Sequence record: SRR20825019_103
Strand: one strand, 5' to 3'
DNA: 36,892 nucleotides
Both the position numbers and the translations under genes were made by a program. The notes under the pieces were generated by a model, which was not told the DNA's origin, ran no database searches, and saw only the letters and a program-made list of their open reading frames with translations. Of this stretch, positions 21,180-28,552 are shown piece after piece (position 1 is the first letter of the stretch; every line of letters begins with the position of its first letter).

Positions 21180-21371
21180 TCAGCCGCGGCGCGTGTTGGT
21201 TACGGCAAGGAAAAGAAACATGAGGAACGGCGAGAACACATAGGATAGGGCAAAGAAGCCCCAGAATCCAAGGACGCGGTTGCGCCCGTAAAGGCCGACC
21301 AGCGTGCAGGCGATGATGTAGATCAGAACCAGTGTCGCGAACGTAACGCGCGGTGACCAAATATATTCCAC
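21180..21371 (-). CDS. Small integral membrane protein (63 aa, two hydrophobic segments)
   Basis: TLVLIYIIACTLVGLYG-RNR-VLGFWGFFALSYVFSPFLMFLFLAV. GTG start after purine-rich AAAAGAGAG. Co-oriented downstream of the DUF697 gene. Confidence 0.75.
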   Translation of the reverse strand: MEYIWSPRVTFATLVLIYIIACTLVGLYGRNRVLGFWGFFALSYVFSPFLMFLFLAVTNTRRG

Positions 21372-21421
21372 GCCTCATCTCTCTTTTGATCGGTTTTTGT
21401 TCGGGTGAACGCGGCGGATTT

Positions 21422-21457
21422 CAACTCGCCCGCGACCGATAGATCGCGGGCGAGTTG
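21422..21457. repeat. Perfect 14-bp inverted repeat (stem-loop) just downstream of the DUF697 stop
   Basis: CAACTCGCCCGCGA-CCGATAGA-TCGCGGGCGAGTTG. No U-tract follows on either strand. Confidence 0.85.
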
Positions 21458-21469
21458 GGGTGAGGCCCG

Positions 21470-22501
21470 TCAGGCCGCCTGTGTGGTCGCGGCGTTCGCG
21501 GCTTCCTTGGCGGCAAGGCTGCTCATGACTTTCTTGACCCTCGCCTTGACGTCCTCGGTGTTCATCGAGTTGACGTCATTGTTCTGTTCAAAGATGTCGG
21601 CGAAGACGGTTCCGATGGCGTAGGTGACCATCCATGAATAGGCCGGCATCGTCGCCAGGCCGAGCAAAGGCCCGAAGAACGGCACGGAGCGGATCAGGCC
21701 AATGGTTCCGGCCTTCAGGGACGTGGGAACGAGGCTGCCCAGGACAGCGGAAATCACCGTCCGTCCGAGATTGCCGGAGAACTTGACCTTGTAGGTGTCC
21801 GCCAGCTTGCTCAGCATCATCAGCTGCACCGTGGCAAGCCCGGCAACGTCTACGGCGGCAACGGGGATGATGCCGACGCCGGCTCCGATCGCACTGTAGG
21901 TGCTGATGATCTGGTTCGCCTTGAGCCTGTCCTGCTGACGCAGCTCGGTCTTCGCCTGCTCGTAATTGACGAGCTGGTCGGTGGCGGGTTTTTCGGTTGT
22001 GGGGGTATCGGTGGGAGCGTTCATCGCGGAAGTTTCCTTTCTGTTGATCTGGTCAGTGGTCGGACTCTGCGCTTTGGCTTCATCCGTCTTCTCCGCGGTC
22101 ATGTCGGTCGCGGCGCCTCCGGCCTGCTGGGTGGGTTGGCCGGGTTTACTTGTGCTGGCAGGCATTTCTTTTTTGAGTCCCTTCGCTGCTGTCTCCGGCG
22201 GATTTGAGGGGGCTCCGGGCTGGCCCGGTTTCTGCTCTTGCCCGGCTGACTCTTTCTTCAGCTTTTCCGCGACCTTGCTCGTGCGTTCGACTTTTCTCTT
22301 GAGGGCTTGTGTCTGCCGGTCGCGCTTTGCCTGGGGTGCTTTCTGGGCTTCGGTCTCGGCGTCGGCCGCCGCGCGGTGCGCTTCCGCTTCGTCGAGCGTT
22401 TTCTTTGTGTTTTGCGATTTGCGTTCCGCCATCCTGACGTCTCCCTTCAGCCCCGTGATTTCCCGTTTGAGTTCTTGAGGTTCGCTATCTTTCTCAGTCA
22501 C
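21470..22501 (-). CDS. DUF697/YcjF-like domain protein with a long charged, disordered N-terminal extension; alternative start at 22024
   Basis: C-terminal half ANQIISTYSAIGAGVGIIPVAAVDVAGLATVQLMMLSKLADTYKV...RSVPFFGPLLG...TYAIG matches the DUF697 pattern. GAGG precedes GTG 22501 and AAGGA precedes in-frame ATG 22024. Confidence 0.8.
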   Translation of the reverse strand: MTEKDSEPQELKREITGLKGDVRMAERKSQNTKKTLDEAEAHRAAADAETEAQKAPQAKRDRQTQALKRKVERTSKVAEKLKKESAGQEQKPGQPGAPSNPPETAAKGLKKEMPASTSKPGQPTQQAGGAATDMTAEKTDEAKAQSPTTDQINRKETSAMNAPTDTPTTEKPATDQLVNYEQAKTELRQQDRLKANQIISTYSAIGAGVGIIPVAAVDVAGLATVQLMMLSKLADTYKVKFSGNLGRTVISAVLGSLVPTSLKAGTIGLIRSVPFFGPLLGLATMPAYSWMVTYAIGTVFADIFEQNNDVNSMNTEDVKARVKKVMSSLAAKEAANAATTQAA

Positions 22502-22764
22502 TTCGGGGCCTCGTTTTTGGTCAAGAAGTCGAAGCGCACGGGCGACTTCGGTGTTATCCGCAGAGGATCAGCTGTATGCACTCTAAAGGTGAATAATATT
22601 TTCTTACTCAAATAAAAGCATATTTTCTCAGGCTTGAATATATATTTATGAGTGCTCTGTGCGGTTGAATTTAACTGTATGATAAGATTAATAAATTCCA
22701 TGGGTTAGGCGAGTTGGGTGACTGAGGTATGTAAATTCAAATCGAGTTCCTGCCCGATAGCGGG

Positions 22765-23958
22765 CTATTTTTGATTGATGTGTGGTTTTTGAGTTGATGG
22801 TGTTTTTGCCTGTTTCAGCGTGGTCGCGGGGCGCATGTTCATGGTGAAAGGCCCGCCTTCTTTTGCCCCTTGAACCTCGCGCTGGGCGGGCTCCGCATCC
22901 GCTGTCGAGTTGTTCGGGTAGATGCCGTTACCTTCTTCGTCCGGCCGATTGGGTGTCGCTGCCGGGGGCATTGAGCGTGCCTCGAGAGCGGGGGCGGGAT
23001 GCGCTCCCGGGCGTCCTTCTCCCGTGCTGCGGCGTGCCTCCCCCTCAAACGGGTTGAGGATGATGGGCAACCCGTCCTTGCCTGAGCCGATGATGACGAT
23101 CTTGCTGTTGTTCGAGTGTGCCAGCTGGAGGGTGGCATCAATGCCTTTCCAGCGAAGATAGGCGTCGGTTATGCCGTCGCTTACGATTCTCTGGAATTCC
23201 TGGATACCGCGCGCCTCAATGGCCTTGCGCTCGCTTTCCTTGCGCTCCCGGTCCAGACGGAAATTGTATTCCAGATTGACGTGAAATTGCTCTTCCTTGC
23301 GCTCTATGGCTGCCTGGACAAGGTGGGGGAGGGTGACGCTGCGGAACAGTACGTCCTGCAGATTCACGATGGGCTCCGCGGCTTCTGGCAGTGGCGGAAG
23401 ATGACGGGCTTTGCGTTCTTCGCTTTCGCTGGAGAGGACATCCCGTGTCACCTGCACCAGCTGTTCCCGCGCGACAGCAAGGATCGCCTTCTCCACGTCC
23501 TCGCGGTTCGTGGAATAGAGATGAACGGGGGAGTATTTTGCCGCTTCTGCCCGGGCGATGGCCCCAATTTTCGGGATCAGCACCGTGTTCAGATAATCCG
23601 GGCCGAGATACTTGTGCAGAAGCCCGATCAACCTGCGGGATATCCGGAAGCGGAATGTGATGTTTGCGCCGATGGCCAGGCCGTTGGCGGATATGATGTC
23701 GTAATCCTCACTCACCCGCTGCATGCGCGCGTCATACGGAATGATCCTGTTCCATGGCAGCGCCAGCCGGTTGCCTTCGCGGTAGAAGCGGTCCGTCACC
23801 GTCCCGTCATCGAACCGCTTCCAGAGCACACCAACATAACCGGCGGGAATGGTGATCATGATGTTCGGGGCAAAGTAGGTCAGGATGAACGCCGCGATCA
23901 TGAAGGCCACGGTCACGCCCGGCAGGTTACGCGTCATGAAGTTTCTCAGGGCTGCCAT
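22765..23958 (-). CDS. SPFH/band-7 prohibitin-family membrane protein with a disordered C-terminal tail
   Basis: N-terminal TM helix, then ITIPAGYVGVLW...EG...PW, LQDVLFRSVTLP..VQAAIERK and ESERKAIEARGI, followed by a Pro/Ala/Glu-rich tail of ~95 aa. Confidence 0.88.
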   Translation of the reverse strand: MAALRNFMTRNLPGVTVAFMIAAFILTYFAPNIMITIPAGYVGVLWKRFDDGTVTDRFYREGNRLALPWNRIIPYDARMQRVSEDYDIISANGLAIGANITFRFRISRRLIGLLHKYLGPDYLNTVLIPKIGAIARAEAAKYSPVHLYSTNREDVEKAILAVAREQLVQVTRDVLSSESEERKARHLPPLPEAAEPIVNLQDVLFRSVTLPHLVQAAIERKEEQFHVNLEYNFRLDRERKESERKAIEARGIQEFQRIVSDGITDAYLRWKGIDATLQLAHSNNSKIVIIGSGKDGLPIILNPFEGEARRSTGEGRPGAHPAPALEARSMPPAATPNRPDEEGNGIYPNNSTADAEPAQREVQGAKEGGPFTMNMRPATTLKQAKTPSTQKPHINQK

Positions 23959-24214
23959 GGCCGCATTTCCCTCACCAGCCTCTCACTGTGTTGCCCGACT
24001 CAGAACGTCTGGTACGCGCGCCTGTGCCCGTCTGTGTGCGCCGGACTGACCCCCCGCCGTCACCTGTCGTCAGGGATGTTTCTGAGTATATGTATATTCA
24101 AGATTCTATATGCAACTTTTAGAGTGTAAATTTGAAAATAATAAATTTATTGGTGTTTTTCGGCTACCGTAGCCCGCTTTGGAAAACGGGGATGTGCCGT
24201 CATTTTTCGGTCTT

Positions 24215-25876
24215 CTATTCATCCTGCGGCGCCGGAAGATCCACGAAGCGGCCTTCGACCATGTGCAGCCGGCGATCCGCGACGTCGAAATATTGATCGT
24301 CATGGGTGACGGCGATGACCGTCTTACCCTCCCGTTTCATCTCGGGCAGGATCTCGCGATAAAATTTGCGCCTGAACTGCGGATCCTGATCTGCGGCCCA
24401 TTCGTCGAAAATATAGATTGAACGGTCCTCCAGCAGGCTGACCACCAGGGCCAGCCGTTTGCGCTGACCGGTCGAGAGATCGATCGTCGAAAACTCGCCG
24501 GATACCAGTTGGGACTTGTCCTGAATCTCCATGTGCTCCATCAGGCGCCGGGCCTTTTTGCCATCCCCGAGGTCGATGCCGTACAGGCGTTTGAAGAGAT
24601 GAAAATCGCCGAAGATGATGGAAATCAGGTTCCGGTACTCGTCGTAGGTCTCCGGCCCGACCTGCCGGCGGTTGACTTCAAGGCTCCCCGAAACCGGGTA
24701 ATAGAGCCCAGCGAGGATCTTGATCAGTGTTGATTTTCCGGAGCCATTGCCTCCGGTGATGAAAATCATCTCGCCTTTGCGGATTTTCAGGTCCACAGGC
24801 CCCATCACAAAGGGGGTATCGATCTTCGGGTCGTTGTAATGGAAGCTGACCTGTTTCAGTTCGAGTGTCTTGAAGGCCGGGCCGAGGAGATTGGCCTGGT
24901 GTTCCTTTGTCTTGCTTGCGGCTTCGCTCAGGGTCTGGTCGAGACGCTCGATGTTTTCGGCGGCCGAATTGGCGTTCGCGAAGATTGCCATGAAGTTGAC
25001 CAGAAAGCCGATCGGGCCGATCAGGAACAAGGTCGCCGTCGCGGTCTTGATGACGACCTCTGGATAGTTCGTGCTGACGCTGTGGAAGAACTTGCCCAAT
25101 TGCGGGACCAGGAAAACCATGGCGGCGACGAGGAAATAAAACATCGTCTGGGACAGGATGAAGCTCTTGGCCACACCGGATTGACTGTGTTTCTTTTTGT
25201 CGGTCGCCCGCTCGGAGATCTGTTCCAGATCGGCGAACAGGGCATCACTGCGGGCCTTGTTGATCCGGACCTCCTTGAAACCGCTCAGAAGGTGGGTGAG
25301 GAGATCGAACAACCGGTTTTCCTCGGCGGCCGCTTCCTGAAGTTCGGCATTCAGGCTCTTGAGGTTTTTCGCATAGAACCAGGTCGCGGCCAGCGTGAAG
25401 GCCACGCAGACGGCGAAAGCGACGCGCGAGAGCCAGGCGATATAGAGCAGGGTAAAGAGGGTCAGGATGGCGGATTGCGCGCCGACGACAAGAGATTGCG
25501 CCGCCTGGGACAGGGTCAGGGTGTCCTTGTTGATGCTGGCATAGATGAACGAGCGTCCGATCCGCTCCAGAGGAATGAGGTCGGCGGTACGGATCTTCTC
25601 GATGAGGCGTATGCGGAGCTTGTGGATGATCTCTTCGACTTCACGGGTGGAAGAGATCATCACCGTTCGTTGCGCGAGAACATAAACTCCGACAACGACA
25701 AGAAAGATGGAAAGCTGATGCGTGCGCCGCTCGTCATCGAGTATGGCGGCATCGCTGGCCGCAAGGTTGATCACCGCAAGAACGAGAGCATTGGCGAGCC
25801 CCGAAACTGCGGCAAGAAAGGCAAAACTGAGCCAGGAAGCGCTCGATTCCAGCCGTATCAATTTGATCAGGTTCAC
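24215..25876 (-). CDS. Cyclic peptide export ABC transporter (SyrD/PvdE/YojI family), fused TMD-NBD
   Basis: Multiple TM segments, GFKEVRIN, Walker A GGNGSGKST, signature LSTGQRKRL, family-typical IFDEWAADQDPQFRRKFY. Confidence 0.94.
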   Translation of the reverse strand: MNLIKLIRLESSASWLSFAFLAAVSGLANALVLAVINLAASDAAILDDERRTHQLSIFLVVVGVYVLAQRTVMISSTREVEEIIHKLRIRLIEKIRTADLIPLERIGRSFIYASINKDTLTLSQAAQSLVVGAQSAILTLFTLLYIAWLSRVAFAVCVAFTLAATWFYAKNLKSLNAELQEAAAEENRLFDLLTHLLSGFKEVRINKARSDALFADLEQISERATDKKKHSQSGVAKSFILSQTMFYFLVAAMVFLVPQLGKFFHSVSTNYPEVVIKTATATLFLIGPIGFLVNFMAIFANANSAAENIERLDQTLSEAASKTKEHQANLLGPAFKTLELKQVSFHYNDPKIDTPFVMGPVDLKIRKGEMIFITGGNGSGKSTLIKILAGLYYPVSGSLEVNRRQVGPETYDEYRNLISIIFGDFHLFKRLYGIDLGDGKKARRLMEHMEIQDKSQLVSGEFSTIDLSTGQRKRLALVVSLLEDRSIYIFDEWAADQDPQFRRKFYREILPEMKREGKTVIAVTHDDQYFDVADRRLHMVEGRFVDLPAPQDE

Positions 25877-26251
25877 AATTCATTTCCAGCGAGAGGTCTG
25901 CCCGGAGTCATCGCGTCGATCCTTGCTATGGGAGGGTGTCAGCCGGAATTAGGTGTCGTCACAGATGATGGAGAGGTAGGCGCCACGTATGAACAAGGTG
26001 CTTCTTTTTGATTGTGATAATTATAATAATTCATTCATTAGGTGAATATATATGTGCTCGGATTGTGCGTTTCAATCACGAAACCACTCAGCCATCCTCA
26101 GGCATCCCCAAATGCGGTAGCTGTGCTAACCGGGGGTGTTCGGGTGGCATTCGGTTATCCATAAGGAAATGGGCTGTTCGCTATCGCAAATGCGATGACA
26201 TCATGAGTCTGGCCAACGATATCAGAAGATCCCCGCAGAGGTCCCTTGATA

Positions 26252-28345
26252 TCAGCGGCTCCGGATCAACGCGTCCAGCATGATGACACCGGCGCCTTCT
26301 TCCCTGACCAGTACCGGGTTTGCCTCGGCTTCCTCAATCCGTTCGTCCAGTGCGAGCAGGGAGAAGGCGGTGACTGCTTTGGCGAGGGCTTCGAGATCGC
26401 CTTTCGGACGCCCGCGGAACCCGCGCAACAGTGCGAAACCTTTGACATCTTCGATCATCTCCCGGGCTGTCTCAAGGCTCAGGGGCGCCGGGCGGACTGC
26501 GCTGTCCTTGTAGATTTCCGTCATCACGCCGCCCATGGCGACAGTGACTACCGGTCCGGCGACGGGATCGCGGGAGAGACCGATCAGGGCTTCTCCGAGT
26601 CCGGTGCAGAGTTCCTGCACAAGCACGCCGGTGAGCTTGAAGCCCGGGTGATATTGTTCCGCCGAAGACTGCATGTCCGTAACCGCTGCAGCCAGTTCGG
26701 CGCGGTCCTTGATCCCGACACGGATGGCGCCGGCTTCGGTCTTGTGCGGCAGGTCCGGGGAGACCAGTTTCGCGACCACGGGGAAGGCTACGGACAAGGT
26801 TTGCGGGATGCCCGTGCCGGGGGCGAGCACGGTCTGGCCGGGGCCGGTCAGACCGAGATTGCGGAAGATAGCGCCTGCGGTTACTTCGTCCGCTACTCCG
26901 CCCTTTAGCGAGTCGATCTGCTGTCGCACGGCTTCTGGCAAACCACATGCAGGCATGGAAGATGGGACGGCGCCCGTCATCAGCATGGCGATGGTCTCGG
27001 CGCAGCTTTCGACCGTGCGGAAGGTCGGCACCCCGGCGGCTTCCAGCAGACGCATGCTGTCCGGCGCGTGCGGCAGCGGGAAGGCCAGTACCGGTGCTGC
27101 ATCGGCAGGCGCTTCTGCCACGGCGTCGGCAATGGGTTTTACCGCAAGCTCCGGGTCGAACTGCGCGGATGAGCCTATGGCCACGATCAGCACGCCTGTT
27201 CCCGGATCATTGATCAGGGTCGAGACGGCTTCTTTCATCACCTCGTACCGGGCGCCGGCGAGGGTGACGTCGACCAGCTTGCCATGGCCGCACGGGATCT
27301 TGCGTTCATCGAAATGCGCGCGGGTTGCGGCACTGGCGCCAGCAATTTTGACGCCGCGCGCGCTGAGCTGGTCCACCACCATAGCGCCGCCGCCGCCGGT
27401 CGTGGCGATCACGGTCGCGCTTTTCGGGCGCCCGGGTTTGAGGCGTGCTCTGAAGAGGGCACCGGGTGCTTCAAGCAGGGTTTCCAGCTGGTCTGCCTTG
27501 CGGATACCGAGACTGCGCAGCAGCGCGTCGGCAGCCTCGGTCGAGCCGGTGAGAGCGCCGGTATGAGAGACGGAAAGCGCCTGGCCTTCCTCCGATTTGC
27601 CGATCATGTAGGCGACCACGGGTTTCTCTGCCGCGTGAGCCTTTGCCGCGAACCGGCCGAGCGCCTCCCGGTCGCGAATGGTTTCCATGAACAGCAGAAA
27701 ACCGTCGATCTCCGGATGGTCGACCAAAATTTCGCCGATTGCGCCGATGCCCGACGCTGCTTCATTGCCGACCGAGACGAAAGTCGAGAAATCGATGCCG
27801 CGTGCCGCCCCCCGGCTGAGCAGGGTGCCGATGACGCTGCCGCTCTGGGAAATCACGGCGAGCCGGCCACGGCCGATTTCGGCGGCCCCGAAGGCCGCAT
27901 TGGTTGTTGCGGCAAAACCGGAGGGCGTATGCACGACGCCCATGGAGTTCGGGCCGATCAGCAGCATGCCCGCGTCGCGGGCGATACGCTGGACCTCCGC
28001 CTGGCGCCGTTCTCCTTCTACCCCGGCCTCGGCAAAGCCGTCGGCGAGAATGGCGACGACTTTCACGCCCGCCGCCGCGCAATCCTCAAGCGCGGCGATG
28101 GCCGGGTCGGCATCGACCAGGATATAGGCGAAATCGACTTTCTCCGGGATGGCGCTGACCGATGGCCAGGCTTTCTCCCCCAACACGGTTTCGCGGGCGG
28201 GGTTTACCGGATAGATCCGGCCTGCATAGCCATGGCGGCGCAGGAAACGCATCGGGCGCGCGGTCAGCTTGCCCTCCGAGTTCGAGGCACCGATCAGGGC
28301 AATGGAGGCCGGAGAGACGAGAGCGCCAAGCAAGGTGTCGCGCAT
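26252..28345 (-). CDS. ADP-forming acetate/acyl-CoA ligase family protein (CoA-binding plus ATP-grasp domains)
   Basis: IALIGAS, IYPVNP, LIGPNSMG, SQSG, VSVGNEA, phospho-His motif SHTGAL, HKTEAG. Start revised from 28423 to ATG 28345 (MRDTLLGALVSP). Confidence 0.9.
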   Translation of the reverse strand: MRDTLLGALVSPASIALIGASNSEGKLTARPMRFLRRHGYAGRIYPVNPARETVLGEKAWPSVSAIPEKVDFAYILVDADPAIAALEDCAAAGVKVVAILADGFAEAGVEGERRQAEVQRIARDAGMLLIGPNSMGVVHTPSGFAATTNAAFGAAEIGRGRLAVISQSGSVIGTLLSRGAARGIDFSTFVSVGNEAASGIGAIGEILVDHPEIDGFLLFMETIRDREALGRFAAKAHAAEKPVVAYMIGKSEEGQALSVSHTGALTGSTEAADALLRSLGIRKADQLETLLEAPGALFRARLKPGRPKSATVIATTGGGGAMVVDQLSARGVKIAGASAATRAHFDERKIPCGHGKLVDVTLAGARYEVMKEAVSTLINDPGTGVLIVAIGSSAQFDPELAVKPIADAVAEAPADAAPVLAFPLPHAPDSMRLLEAAGVPTFRTVESCAETIAMLMTGAVPSSMPACGLPEAVRQQIDSLKGGVADEVTAGAIFRNLGLTGPGQTVLAPGTGIPQTLSVAFPVVAKLVSPDLPHKTEAGAIRVGIKDRAELAAAVTDMQSSAEQYHPGFKLTGVLVQELCTGLGEALIGLSRDPVAGPVVTVAMGGVMTEIYKDSAVRPAPLSLETAREMIEDVKGFALLRGFRGRPKGDLEALAKAVTAFSLLALDERIEEAEANPVLVREEGAGVIMLDALIRSR

Positions 28346-28361
28346 GAGTTTATTCCGATCA

Positions 28362-28390
28362 GGGCAGCAGGGGCAGGGCAGGGTCAGGGG
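28362..28390 (+). repeat. G-rich CAGGG microrepeat with five G-tracts (potential G-quadruplex)
   Basis: GGGCAGCAGGGGCAGGGCAGGGTCAGGGG read directly; function unknown. Confidence 0.5.
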
Positions 28391-28552
28391 CAGCAGGAAC
28401 GGATGGTCCGGAAGTGGGTTCAATCATGCCGCGCCACCTGAAGCGATGACAAGCCGCTCTCCCGTCTGACAGAATCATCCTGCCAACTTTTCCTCATCAC
28501 GGTAAAAGATTAGACAGGCAGAACAGATGAGACTCTAGGGGAGACGAACAGG

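Noticed and set aside
21449-22718. 11-bp direct repeat GGCGAGTTGGG on both sides of the DUF697 gene
   Set aside because: Short, with one copy inside a hairpin arm. There is no transposase or terminal repeat, so I cannot call it a target-site duplication.
24162-24174. Palindrome GGCTACCGTAGCC, weakly ops-like on the minus strand
   Set aside because: A one-base centre cannot form a normal hairpin loop, the ops match is imperfect and no RfaH-like gene is present.
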